A DNA stretch of 64,000 nucleotides from Chara braunii (lineage: Eukaryota; Plantae; Charophyceae): contig BFEA01000040.1 in NCBI GenBank assembly GCA_003427395.1, forward strand, positions 837,221-901,220. The letters are read 5' to 3'. A program made the position numbers and the translations under genes. Under the pieces are notes generated by a model that had not been told where the DNA came from, ran no database searches, and was given only the letters and a program-made list of their open reading frames with translations. Shown here piece after piece: positions 37,460-50,699 of this stretch; position 1 is the first letter of the stretch, and each line of letters opens with the position of its first letter.

Positions 37460-37637
37460 CCCAACCAACCAACCCCTACCGGGTAACCGGGCCAAGACAA
37501 ACCCGAAAAACGCTGTAACCACGTACGCGGGCCCGAAATTTGAGTACGCGCGCATATGTATGCGACACTTATGCGCATACGTGCATACACATATGCACGT
37601 ATGTGGAACCTGCGTACGTATACGCCGTGCTACCCAG
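36613..37637. mobile_element. Non-autonomous TIR element with 8-bp TSD (hAT-like), filled with simple repeats
   Basis: TIR CTGGGTAGCAC / GTGCTACCCAG; exact TSD GCTGATTC. Confidence 0.85.
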
Positions 37638-37929
37638 GCTGATTCTTGCGTTTTGGTAGGATGCTGTATAAAAATTTTAGTTTATGTGTCGCATGTTTCG
37701 CACTGTCCATGGTTTGCGTTTGCGGTCAAATTAAAATATTTGAATCATATCTTTACACTGAGGTTATTCATGCTATGTTATAAGCTTCATTTCTAAAGGT
37801 GGTCTATTTGACATATGTTGTGTTTGTTGTGAGTGAAAATCTTTTTTCTTTCGATTTTCGGTGTCGACACGCAAAACAAAAATAATGAGGTATCGTTCAA
37901 ACATTAGGAACTCGAAGATTTTCCAAACA

Positions 37930-38620
37930 TTTTCGTATGACATTGTACCAATCATTTGCGTATTTAGATTCGTTTGGATCTAAAACTTATTGCTTGTGCT
38001 AATAACTTTAGTAACCATTGCTCTATGAAGGTTTGTGAGTATGTACTCATACATGCATCAACAACGTAAACTAAAAATGTGAGTTTCTATATTTATTTGA
38101 CAACTATATCGAATAGGAAGGAAAAGATTATATGAAATAACCCACGAGTCACTTTAATGGATAAACCACAATTGCATACTGCACAACCAATGTCCTCGTT
38201 CCAAGGTGGGCATTATAGGAATAGTTTCACAAAATACTATGTGCAACAATTTTCATATATGCAGGACATACTAATGTTGTGTGAATCACATAGTCGATCA
38301 TGTGTATAAATACGAGATCACGGGGTGCAGGTTTTAAAGCCACTCAACTGAAATAACTGAATTGATGTGTTCGCATATTGATATTTCGTGATTATCTTTA
38401 AGGATCACAATAAGATGTGCATATGATAAATCGCGTTTTTGAAATTCGATAACATATGTGTACGCAACCGTAGTGTGGAATATATTAGTGACGTGGATAT
38501 AATGCACGAAGTGGTGAAGGTATTCCTTACAAAAACGTACTTGCAAATCATATGTGTCAGATGGGTGTTGGTTTGGAGGGAGCTCTTTCTAATTTATAGC
38601 CTGTGGGATTAGATGTTCAA
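37930..38620 (-). pseudogene. Helitron Rep (HUH endonuclease) remnant
   Basis: LPPNQHPSDTYDLQVRF and YVIEFQKRDLSYAHLIV...INSVISVE (cf. VIEFQKRGLPHAH...IDKIISAE). Confidence 0.88.
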
Positions 38621-39608
38621 CAAATAAATTTCATTGATCATATAATCATTTCATAATTAAATTAAAATTTTCATTTTATTTTAAAACATGTCATTCCACT
38701 TTTATTTTTTAAAAATTTTCCTTCACGGAAAGGGGTATCCCTTCTTGTTTAAACTGGACATTAAAGATAGAATAAAGGTCCGGATGAGTTCATAAAATAT
38801 TTGAATTAGATTGTCATTCTATTTTAAGATTTTCACTCATAAATAACTTAGTCCAATTTTAATTAAAAGATATTTATTTTCGTAGAAAGAAAGTTCAATT
38901 AAAACATTTCATAAACTCATAAAAAAAATTATGTAATCTTTAACAAATAGATACGGTTGGAAGGGAAAACTCATTTTTAGATGAAAATTTATGAAAATTT
39001 TAAAATTCGACAAACATTAAAATGATAATTTTAAAATATAAAAAACATTTTTTAAATAAAATATTTTTTCATATTTTCTTTCTTATCAGGGGAAGAGCAG
39101 TGTTGATTTGGAAGGAAATCATTTTTAATTTTTAATTTTTTACGGCTACATGTTATGATGGTGAAAATGTTGGGTCATCCCAACTGTTGGACTACGATCA
39201 TAGAATTTTGATATCGTTTGTGCATACTGTATGTACCACTAATAAATGCTGTTGGAAGGATCACTTCTTGGACAATATTTTGAGTGTTGTGATATTGAAG
39301 GATCTGATCTTAAAGGTTTATGTATAACTCCATGCGTATTTCAGTTTGATGAAAATAATTTCATAAAAGACACCTATGCTAAATCTTTGCAAATGTTATA
39401 CAAATATATTTTTTGAATAAATATGACGAGTGAAAAATTATTGTTTGTTCAGTGTCACGTTTGCTAATGTGGAATGCGTAAAAGTGGTTAGTTATGCTTT
39501 TCTTTGTATTGCTATTTATACGATTGGGGAATTTGGTCGATCAAAAACCGTCTTCATCAAATGAGGAAACAAATACATAAAGAAGTCGTTCAAAAACTCG
39601 ATTTGTGT

Positions 39609-39976
39609 CTACGTAGCACCGTGTTCGCGTTCGGAGGCGAACGCGAACATGTTTGGCCGAACGCGAACAAGCTCCCAAAACCCTCCGAACGCGAACATAA
39701 AAAATATTAAAAAAAAAAAAAAAAAAAAAGTTCTAAAAAAACTCTGAAAAAATATATGCTATGTAAAACAACAATACAAGCAATTTTTGCCTTGGAGTCC
39801 TGTTCAAATTCGTAGCCTATCATGAGTTAAAAATAAAAAACCAAAGTTTTTTTTTTTTTTTTTTTACGAAAACAAAATTATGTTCGCCCGAACATGTTCG
39901 CAAGTTGTTCGCGCGAACGTGAAAACACGTTCGCCCGAACGTGAAGGGGCGCGAACACGTTCGGCGTGCTACGCAA
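39609..39976. mobile_element. MITE with ~8-bp TSD (hAT-like)
   Basis: TIR CTACGTAGCAC / GTGCTACGCAA; flanks ATTTGTGT / GTTTGTGT; subterminal CGAAC/GTTCG repeats. Confidence 0.7.
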
Positions 39977-42900
39977 GTTTGTGTCATGGATGGGAAAAAC
40001 ATCATTGCCGGAATGGTGAATACCAACAAAGCGATTTCATAGTTCATCACCCATAAGCAGATATAATTTTTAAAAATTTTCGGGTGTAATATAGTTGCGC
40101 AAATATACATTTTGTGATCGTATGATAATATGGTGCTCTTCGATCGTATCCTCAATCACTTCAAAAAAGCATGATGAAATCTTAGACCCTTAGATTGGAA
40201 TGTCATAATAGGGTGTGGAGTTTATGCAACAATCATTTTATGGTGGTGACTGATATATATCGAGGAAAGTGCAAGTTATGAAGTCAAGGAAGTGTCATGT
40301 TGTCCAAATTTCATGAATAGTCAATGTAGATTCAAGCAAATGTCGATCGTAGGTTTTCTTCGAGGAAGAGGGGAGTAGGATTATACCATTACTCACCCTC
40401 AATTTATAGCATGCCTAAAAAACGACCAGGTAGTATGGTCATCTCGCTCACTCTCTTTGATGTAAGAGCAATAATGATCTTCAAAATATTTCATCATGAT
40501 TGACCTTCATCATTGTTTTCTTCCTACAATATTAAAATCGTGTGAGCATGTGCTGATGGAGGACGATATTTCCATAGAGGTCGTGAGACTTTGTCATGCA
40601 GACAACGAAGAGATGCCCAAGACTGTTTGAGTGACTATTTATGTAGGCTACTGTAAGTACACGATGATTTGATTCTAACCAAAGTTGTAACAACATACAT
40701 AAGACGATTGATGAACAAATTAATGTAACGGTGAGCATGATCAATCCACATAACGATATTTTCAAGGTGGGCACAATGAAAACATTGTTGTCTTTGTTGG
40801 TGTGCCAGGGCAGCCGACCGACGATTGTCGAATCATTGTTCTATGTATCAGTCTTCAGCAGGACGTGAACTCTCAACTGAAAAGTGTGAATGCAAGGAGG
40901 TCGAAAAATAAAAACAATGCATTGAAAAGCAAGATGAAAAACACAAAATAGCAAAAAAATCAGATGCTAAATTTGTGTTTCTTTGTTTTTAAAGAAAAAA
41001 AGTTAAAAAACACATATTTCGCAAAACAATTAAGCAAGGAAACTGTCAAGCAGACAATGATATACATTCACGATTTGTTAGTTTTTAATATCAGCAAAAA
41101 AAAAATTATATATATATCGTCATGTTTTTTAAATAACTTGCATTACAAGGCCTAATCTCTAAAAGAATATACAAAACATCAAAAATGGAGGTAGGCCGAA
41201 CATATATATGGATTCTTTGTTTGTTTTCATTGTGAGCAAAAGAAAACGACTATCATTTGAGAAAAACTTTCCTATACTTGCATTTCGTGGTTTTGACAAA
41301 AAAATATAAAAACAAAGAAAAAATCTTAAGAATTTTTTTTTTTTTCAATCTTCGAAATGTGTACAAATAGATCAAAGAAAGAAACGATGACATTCTTAAC
41401 CTTTTTTTTTATATTTATGAGAAAACAAAAAGCAAAGAACAATAGAACATGAGTGCATGTTTAGACAATGTTATGTTTCCTAGTGCTTTTTCTGCTTTAT
41501 TGTAGCATCCCCCTCTTCATCCTCTTCCATCAAAGCATCCTCTCTTCCATCTCTGAAGTACCTCACCATTACAACTTTCCCTTCTTCTTTAATGCTTGCA
41601 CCATCTCTCTGCTCCTCCTTTCCCCTCATCATCATCATCATCATCATCATCATTATCTTATCCTTTATCATCATCGTCATGATCATCAGTCTTCTTCTCC
41701 TACTGCTCCATCCTCCTACCATCATCATGACTATCAACATCATGCCCATGTTACCTTATGGTTATCATCAAGGTGATTTATCCTCCTAACGTCGGTCTTC
41801 TCATCCATGGGAATTTTCTCTTCCTCCCATTCCATCCTCGTATGATCTCTCTCCTCCTCCCTCCTCCACAATAGCTTTTGCCTCACTTCATGCTGTTCGG
41901 CAGCTGCGGCCTCTTGCCGACGCAGCTTCCACTTGACATTGCTGTTCTTCCTCTAGAACTTGCTGAAGGTGTGCACGCATATGAGGAAGTCTTCCATAAG
42001 TCCGCCATCGACTTGTTTGGTTGTTGTCGCGGCATGCGGGGGAGACCCTGGTTCGAGGCACCTTGGGCCCCATATGGGCTCCCAACCTGCATTGTGACCC
42101 AGCAACAGCAGCAGTTGCTGGCCCGTCCATGGCCGCTGCTCGAAGCTGCGGTCCCGGGTCACCGAACTACGACCGTCCGACACTTCTGCTGAGGCGTGAG
42201 AACAAGGTCGGGAGCAGGGTCGGCAGCCTGTTGTCGTACAGTGAGCCTCGCGCTGCACCTGAGCATCGAAAATCCTGTGCACGGCTGACATGGCACCCTG
42301 CTGAAGTGGCACAATGCTGATATGGCACCCTGCTGACTGGGCACCCTGCTGATGTGGCATTGCTTACATGCCGCTACTGACATGGCACCCTTGCTGACAT
42401 ATCACTCTGCTGATGTGGCATGCTTCTGATGTGGTGCACTTGCTCACGTGTCCCTCTGCTGACGTGGCACTTACCCAGCCACGCAGATGAAGAAGAAGAT
42501 CGGAGGGAGGGGAGAAGGACAGGCGGGGAAACTACACACCCTTCCTCCCGATAGGTAAGATCATACTAGTCAATAGGAAAATTTGACCCACGGCATGTTA
42601 AAAAAAGAAGAACAAAAATATATATATATATTTTTTTTTGCAAGAATAAGGGGTCTGATCAATGGCTTTCCTGAAGTGTCAGTTGGCAGGAACAGACCAA
42701 TTGTACGTAGAGGTAGTAAGAAGAGAAACAAGTAAAGAAATGAACACAAATTCAAAATTTCCCTTTCTAAAAAATTTAGGGTTTAGAAAAACAACAAAGA
42801 TTCTAGGACTTCTCAAAACCGCGTTTGCAGAATTCCGACTCCGTTCGCAAATAGGAGAAGTTTTTCTTTTCGAATTCTACAGCAGGAGCAGAAAAATGAA

Positions 42901-43913
42901 CTTTCTTTGAAGTTTGCCGTTGACTGCAGGTCCTCAAGGCAACCTCCGCAGTTCACCTCAATGTAGGTTAATGCGGACCACGTGCGGTCGGTTGTTACGG
43001 CCTACCCTCCGTGATTAGTTAGTGATGGCGCTTAGTACGTTAGTTTTGTTATTAGGGCGTTTGATGAATCAGTATTAACCTAATTGCGAGTTTAACCCAG
43101 GTGGTGCTAACCGAAACTGCACGTGTGAGCAAAACTTAGCAAAACTTAACTAGCACTATATTATTAGTGCATTAACCCTGCCTGGGCGAGCGACTTGTTA
43201 CTGCCCCTCTTATCTTTGTTAGCGCTGAGCTAGTTGATTAGCGCCACGCCTGATTAGCACCTAATCACTAATTAGACTGTCTAACCCCGATTAGCGTTAA
43301 TTACCAATTAGCGCGGCAAATCTCGATTGGCGGTAAACCGCTTGGTTAGTGCGAAATCTTGATTAGCGCTTCATTAGTAATTACCGCGAATCAGGATGGA
43401 TGCTGTTTGCAGAAAACAACATTGATTAGTTGCAGAAACGAGTAACGATCTGACAGAAACTGACGAACACTTCAATGACATTTATCAATCAATCAATCAG
43501 AGATCAAGATGTCGACTTTGCTGAGGAGATGCTTGTCTTTAAGGTCTGCTCCGATAACGAACTGACGCATCCCTAAAGGGACACATCAGAACCCAGAACC
43601 GACCTCTCAAAGATGGAGCAAAAATAGCACAGCGGAAGACTGAAACACCAAGATCTGACTCAATACGACCAATGACAAGACTGGACACCCATCACTATCA
43701 CACGTGTGGGAAGGACTCAACGACACAATCATAAAACGGGCGCTGAGTCCAGATTCCATGCCAAGACGAAGTGGGGAGAAGAGACGAAGGGAAGAGTAGA
43801 TAGAGAGGTCAGGCACCATAGCCCTATGAACCCAGTCTCTAATCTATCCCCAATATCGCTGCTCATATAATGTCCAAGTCGCAATGTCACTCAGCTGGGT
43901 CAAGCCCGAAAGT

Positions 43914-44011
<98 letters not shown>

Positions 44012-45055
44012 GCATGTACCTGGTACTAACCTTAAGAAAGGTGGCGCCTTGATGCAGGTGTGGACGTGCCAAAGACGAAGCTGGAGCTATGGCGTCACAT
44101 GTGAGTAGACCCGGTGAGTCCCCTGGCCTCTGCCAACCTCTACTCCACTGCACCCGCTGCAGTGTGCTGCAGTCCAAGGCTCCAAGCTCAAATCTTTCAG
44201 CTAATGGCGTCCTAACGTCATGCCCAGCGCTGTAGACGAACACACGAACAGCACCCAGAGCCTTAACTAACAATGCCTATTGATACTATACCTGCCTACT
44301 ACTAGGCAGACCAGCTATAAGTAGCCCTGGTCAATTGGGAGGCTGCCTATACCAGTCCGAAACTGCGCCAGTGTCTGAGGGGAAATCTGGTGCCCACAAT
44401 CAGACTTGGCGCCCAAACGAAACACGTGTGCCTAAACGAAGATGGCGCCCAAGGAAACTGGGTCTGAATGGCCTGGCGCCTAAACTGACCGGTCCCGCCA
44501 CTAACGAGGGTCCTGGCGCTAAAGGAGGAAACGACGCGCCAGGGCCTGTCTGCTAAGCCTGGACTAAACTGGGCCTCTAAATGGCACTGCTCCAAAGTGG
44601 GGCCCACACTAAGCCTGCTAATCCCCCTAAAAGGACCCCTAATCCTATCAGCAGGCCCTGTGGGGTCCCTGTGGGCACTGCCAGTGTGAAATTGTGAATG
44701 CCCCATCAAGGCTGCAACCAGTCCAAGGGTGCAATCATATGATCCATGTCTGTATCAGGGGTTATCATCCCTGATTGGTTGATAATGCTGATACACTACT
44801 CTCTAAATGTGGAAACGAGAAAAATGTGGCGGGTGCATCTGGCCATGTTCTAGCAGGAAGTTCGTTCTCCTTCTGCACATTTCGAGGGTAATGTGGCCTC
44901 ACCCAGATCACCCACTCTTTCACCACCACCGTACCACGCTTACCTGGCCTTCAGTCAAACAAACAAAAGGAGAACAAACAAAAAAGGAGAGAGAGAGAGA
45001 GATTTCAATCAAGAGTCACCTGGGCCGAGGTCGGGCTAGCAAAGTGGATTTAGAT

Positions 45056-45093
45056 CTGTCTCTTATACACATCTAGATGTGTATAAGAGACAG
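45056..45093. other. Nextera mate-pair junction adapter (inverted Tn5 mosaic ends), assembly artefact
   Basis: Exact CTGTCTCTTATACACATCT+AGATGTGTATAAGAGACAG between identical copies 44900-45055 and 45094-45249. Confidence 0.98.
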
Positions 45094-46545
45094 CACCCAG
45101 ATCACCCACTCTTTCACCACCACCGTACCACGCTTACCTGGCCTTCAGTCAAACAAACAAAAGGAGAACAAACAAAAAAGGAGAGAGAGAGAGAGATTTC
45201 AATCAAGAGTCACCTGGGCCGAGGTCGGGCTAGCAAAGTGGATTTAGATTTAACGACTGTATCTCGACGTCTTTGTGCAGAGGTGCCGAAAATCGCAATT
45301 TATCTGCTTTCTCTGCATCTCTGCTTAAAAACCATCCAGATTCAGGCGCTTAATCCACCAATCCTTTTTACTATTGCTAGTGGGACCTTCCCCCCGCCTC
45401 ATGCCCTCAACCACAGGCTGACGCCAAACGCGCCTCACAAGATTCTTCTTTCCTTTTCTTCTTTCTTTCTTATTTCTTTTTTCAAACAACACATTCAATC
45501 ATAAATTTTAAATGCATGGGCTTGGTCGGGAGTGCCTCGCCCAGCCCAAACGACTGGCGGGGCATAAATGTAGGGAACGCCGACCGCCGTGTTTTGCATG
45601 ATTGAGTTTTGTGTTACGTCAAGATTTGTTATTTAAACTTCATTATACAACAGCCTGGCGGCTGCGTCGATTATGTAAAATCTTTCCCAAAAAAAAAAAA
45701 AAAAAGATTAAATCTTTTTCCCAAAAAAAAAAAAAAAAAAAAGATTATGAACCTCGCTGCACTATGTGAAATCATAGTAGTTCCTTTCAGTTTCGGGAAA
45801 GGTGGAATGGTAGCAGCTTCGCTCCTTTGTGGTATTTTCAGCATATCATGGATTTTTTTTTTTTCCTTTTTTTTTTTCCTTTTTTTTTTTCAAATGGAGC
45901 ATCACACGATTCGTTTTTTTTTTTTTTTTTTTTTTTGGTCCAGATATTAAACCACTAGTACAGATACTATACTTGATCTCAGCCGAATGCAGAGGAAGGT
46001 ATCATCCCAAGATTGATCACCACCTCTCCCAGGTGAGGGCATACTCACACGAGTGGTTCCAAAATATATCTGACTGCAATTACGGTCAGGCATGGATGAA
46101 TCTGGCGGCAATCACGTCTACATCCCAAGGTTGATCCCAGCTCTCCGACGTGCGGGCATACTCACACTTGTGCTCTCCGAAATATATCTGACTGCAATTA
46201 CGGTCAGGCATGGATGAATCTGACGGCAATCACGTCAAGAGTCCAGACTCTAGTAGGAAAGAGTCCGAGTGCGTGCATTACAAAAAGTAAAAAAGCAAAA
46301 AAAAAAAAAAAAAAAAGTTAGAAAGCTCAGAGAGGGAACAGTGTTTAACTATTGCTGTTAACACTGCTAAGGTCATACTCAACCGGGCTCTATCTTTTTT
46401 TTTTCACCATTAAATGTATCTGGCCACATCTACGGCCAAACGTGGACGTAGCTAACCGCAGCTACATACAGAAATAAGTACGGAAGTCCTAACGTGAGTA
46501 TGCCCTAAGAAACAGAACAGGGAAAACCCAAAAAAAAAGGAAAAG

Positions 46546-46622
<77 letters not shown>

Positions 46623-46917
46623 GTTTCAGTATTGCTGTTAACACTGCTAAGGTCGTCCTCAGACTAGCTCGGCTGAACGTTTACATCTACAGTGGGTATG
46701 CCCTAAGAAACAGAAAAGCCGAAAACAATAAAAGAAAAAAAGAAAAAAAAAGGGCGAGAGAACAACTTTTCAGTATTGCTTTTAACACTGCTAAGGCCGT
46801 AGTCACACTACCTATGTCTTAATTCATTTATCTTTATAGCCTTTCGAAGATGGCGTTCGACAGAAGACCAATGTGTTTGCTGTTCCGTGTCTATCTTCCT
46901 CTCTCCCTTATTATTTC

Positions 46918-46957
<40 letters not shown>

Positions 46958-46958
<1 letters not shown>

Positions 46959-47075
46959 AGCCTCCTGATGAGTCGGTGAAACTCCGACAAAACAGTTTGT
47001 CACAGCCCCTCGTTTGTTGTCCTCTTCTCTTCTCCCTCTCAGCCGACGGTTGACCGGCCAGTTCTGTTGGACGAT
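46958..47075 (+). repeat. Hammerhead-bearing repeat copy (GAAA mutated to AAAA)
   Basis: CTGATGA-GTCGG-tgaaact-CCGAC-aAAAC-AGTTT-GTC plus family tail. Confidence 0.75.
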
Positions 47076-47123
47076 ATATATAAATATGTCCTCTTCTCCC
47101 TTTCTGCCTACGGTTTACCGGGC

Positions 47124-47176
<53 letters not shown>

Positions 47177-47198
47177 CAGAGAGGGAGTATATATTAGA

Positions 47199-47320
47199 CT
47201 TCAGCCTCCGGATGAGTCGGTGAAACTCCGACGAAACAGTTTGTCCCAGCCCTTCGTTTGTTGTTGTCCTTTTCTCCCTCCCTCTCTGCCACCTACGGTT
47301 TACCGGGCAGCTCTGTTATA
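47199..47320 (+). repeat. Hammerhead-bearing repeat copy (CTGA mutated to CGGA)
   Basis: CgGATGA-GTCGG-tgaaact-CCGAC-GAAAC-AGTTT-GTC plus family tail. Confidence 0.75.
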
Positions 47321-47734
47321 TATGCATATAATTGATTCTTCTTCTGACTGAGGAGGAGTCTGCGTCTAATTGCTCTTAAAATATTCATTATTGGGGTGGG
47401 TTACGCATCTCCCTAGCTCAGTTGGTACACCCCTGAGCTGTTGAAATACAGACAGTGTCACCCCCAAGTTCGAACTCTTCTGACAGCAGATGAATAGAAT
47501 ACAATACTACAATAATACAATTCTGAACTACCTAGGGCCAAGTATCAGCTGGATAATGAAATACAGACCCGAGTTGAGATACCGACCCGAGTATCCGCTG
47601 GATAATGATATCTCAAGCCTCGAGGCCGTTGCCCTTTCAAAGAAACTGGAACAGGAGGGGAAAAAAAAGAAGTCATTGCATGTCGTTTTTGTTTTTCTTT
47701 TGTGTTAAATTAAAGGCTTATTCTTTAAGTCCAC

Positions 47735-48141
47735 CCAATTCAATTACCTGTCAAATCTGCACAGGACGGCCTTTCAGGCCCTTTTTTTGTTGTCTTTATA
47801 GGATTACGGGGAACCCCGTAGCAGCCACCACATCCATGCTCAAGCCTCCAACGAGGGAACATGTGGGAGGTGCACCCACCAGCACAGGTGCAATACCTGC
47901 TACAGCAGGTGGGCGATACTGGCCACTGGTCAGCCAGGAGGCTGTAGCATCAGGACCGAGCTTCTTCGATGGGCCAGTCACTGTGCCTCCCCTCAGGTGG
48001 TGGTCCCCTCCCCCTATGAACATCAGCAGTCTCTGCTCAATGCCGCTGGGTGGGACCAACGGCATATCTCAAGCCTCTAGGTGGTGGCCTACCGTCTGCA
48101 TTCCAACAGTTTGTTCAGGGGTGTACCAACCGAGCTAGGCC
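47735..48141 (-). mobile_element. Chimeric SINE: family-B head on a family-A body and tail
   Basis: Reverse complement starts GGCCTAGCTCGGTTGGTACACCCCTGAAC..., then joins CCACCTAGAG..GATATGCCGTTGGTCCC of family A. Confidence 0.78.
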
Positions 48142-49077
48142 AGTTGGTGACGTACTTTTTTTTTTTTTTTTTTTTTTTGATTCCCACGCTCTTGTTCCCN
48201 NNNNNNNNNNNNNNNNNNNNNNNNNNNNNNNNNNNNNNNNNNNNNNNNNNNNNNNNNNNNNNNNNNNNNNNNNNNNNNNNNNNNNNNNNNNNNNNNNNNN
48301 NNNNNNNNNNNNNNNNNNNNNNNNNNNNNNNNNNNNNNNNNNNNNNNNNNNNNNNNNNNNNNNNNNNNNNNNNNNNNNNNNNNNNNNNNNNNNNNNNNNN
48401 NNNNNNNNNNNNNNNNNNNNNNNNNNNNNNNNNNNNNNNNNNNNNNNNNNNNNNNNNNNNNNNNNNNNNNNNNNNNNNNNNNNNNNNNNNNNNNNNNNNN
48501 NNNNNNNNNNNNNNNNNNNNNNNNNNNNNNNNNNNNNNNNNNNNNNNNNNNNNNNNNNNNNNNNNNNNNNNNNNNNNNNNNNNNNNNNNNNNNNNNNNNN
48601 NNNNNNNNNNNNNNNNNNNNNNNNNNNNNNNNNNNNNNNNNNNNNNNNNNNNNNNNNNNNNNNNNNNNNNNNNNNNNNNNGTATTTACAAAAAAAAAAAA
48701 AAAAAAAAAGAAAGGTTCAAATCATGCTCGCAAATTACTCGTTCAAATGTGAAATTACACTTCGGCTTCCTCAGACTTCACCTGTTCTCAGCAGAAGGAC
48801 CATCTCGCACTCGGACCCATCCTTCTCCGACAGGAGTCGAACCCATTTCCTTCTGAATGACCATTGACCGACCGCCGATGTGCCAATGGCTAATGAGAAG
48901 TCTTGCCCTCCCCTTTGCTCCTGCGGTTGAGCCCATCTTCAGCGACGCAGCTCAACACACGGCCCAGCAAACTCGTGTGCAGCAATTCATCTCAGCAGAT
49001 TGCGTACGCTGCCACTTGGAGAAGGTCAACGTGCTTCCTCAATATCCTGCCTTAGACGTCGTGCTAAGGTAATTCTG

Positions 49078-49124
<47 letters not shown>

Positions 49125-49200
49125 CATCACATCCACACACACATATCATCACATCCACACACACACATCATCACATCATCACATCCACACAGAGCGAGCG

Positions 49201-49270
<70 letters not shown>

Positions 49271-50195
49271 CTTGGATGTTGTTTGTTTGAAAGAATGGCG
49301 CAATCGACCCACGGAAAATAGTCTAAGAGGGATATCAGAAATACCGGTACTACGTAATTTGGAAACAGAAACACCGGTCGAAACATGGAACTTGAAACAT
49401 AAAAATACCGGATTGGTGTATTATTGGGAAAAAAAAAAAAAAAAAAGGAACTGATAACAGAACAGAAAATTCGGGTAACCCTAGCTTACCTGCGAAAGGA
49501 TGACAGGGTAAGGTGGCGAAATTGTTGGACTTTTTTTTATTAGAATTTAGAAAAAGCAAAATTCAGCTTAATGCCTGCTGAAGATCCTCAACCCACTAGG
49601 TGAAAGGAAAAAGGAGGGGAATCGAAGAGGACCCGTCTTACCTACTACCTAGTGGAGTTCATGCCGTGATATCTCCCTCTCTCTGTCTCACAAAAAAAAA
49701 AAAAAAAAAAAAAAAAATCACTCTCTCTCTCTCTGCAACACGTAAGAAAGAGAGAGCAATGAGCGCTTCCAGATTNNNNNNNNNNNNNNNNNNNNNNNNN
49801 NNNNNNNNNNNNNNNNNNNNNNNNNNNNNNNNNNNNNNNNNNNNNNNNNNNNNNNNNNNNNNNNNNNNNNNNNNNNNNNNNNNNNNNNNNNNNNNNNNNN
49901 NNNNNNNNNNNNNNNNNNNNNNNNNNNNNNNNNNNNNNNNNNNNNNNNNNNNNNNNNNNNNNNNNNNNNNNNNNNNNNNGGATGTTCGCGGCTAGGTGCA
50001 GCGGTGCTCGGCTTTACAAACTCTTTAACTCTGGGGCGGCGGACCGCCGTCGATCCCATAACTAGAACGACTTCGCAGACATAATTAATGACTATGCTAA
50101 TGTATCTGACCGCAAAACCGTCTTCAATACATTAGTCAAACGTATGCCTCCTCTCTTTCTTTCACCAGAACACACATCATCTATAATACAAGCTC

Positions 50196-50233
<38 letters not shown>

Positions 50234-50699
50234 TCGCCTGACGTGATGTGGTGATAACACCATGTCTGGTGTGCGCATTGATGTCGACACTCCGAGATTG
50301 CAGTCAGATACATCTATAGACTTCTGAACGTGATTACTTCTGCTTCTGGACGTGATTGTGGTCAGATTCGTCTATAGACTTCTGGACGTCATTGCAGTCA
50401 GCAGATTCGTATGTAGAGAAAACTCCATGAATCGACTGCTGCATTTTTTTTCCCCTATTTTTTCGTTTTAGAAAATTCCACCAATCGGCGGCTGCATTTC
50501 GTTATTTCCTTTTTCTGTTCAGATAATTCCACGAATCGGCGGCTGCATTTCGTTACGTCCGCTCCCCAGATGACTGAGATGAGAAAAACACAACCAATTA
50601 ATTAATTAATTAATTAAAAACTATATGAAACAGTAATTAACGTATAATTAAAAAAAATCAGAAAAGAGACTGCATTGAGGTTATGGGCTTCGCTCCTCT

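Larger units (their letters stand above)
33016..42560 (-). mobile_element. Decayed Helitron (boundaries tentative)
   Basis: Rep and helicase remnants inside; minus-strand A|TC start at 42560 next to GCCACGTCAGC-type subterminal repeats; candidate CTAG|T end at 33016 (hairpin degenerate); AT-rich block. Confidence 0.55.

Noticed and set aside
36793-37796. Long ORFs of 241-322 aa (extensin-like or TM-like)
   Set aside because: Translations of (CTGT)n and (CCT)n repeats inside a TIR element.
42900-44708. Solo LTRs (also 96-464, 23330-24253 and 26600-29570 as an LTR-element interior)
   Set aside because: They end in CA and look LTR-like, but no paired LTR, TSD, convincing PBS or gag/pol motif was found.
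46341-46805. CRISPR-like array or twister ribozyme (TTAACACTGC resembles a twister 5' motif)
   Set aside because: Only three units with irregular 110-250-bp spacers and no cas genes; the twister CAAGCCC and GAGGG partners are absent.
48050-48856. ORFs spanning N-runs (also 30288, 49600, 57742, 63326)
   Set aside because: Length comes from assembly gaps.
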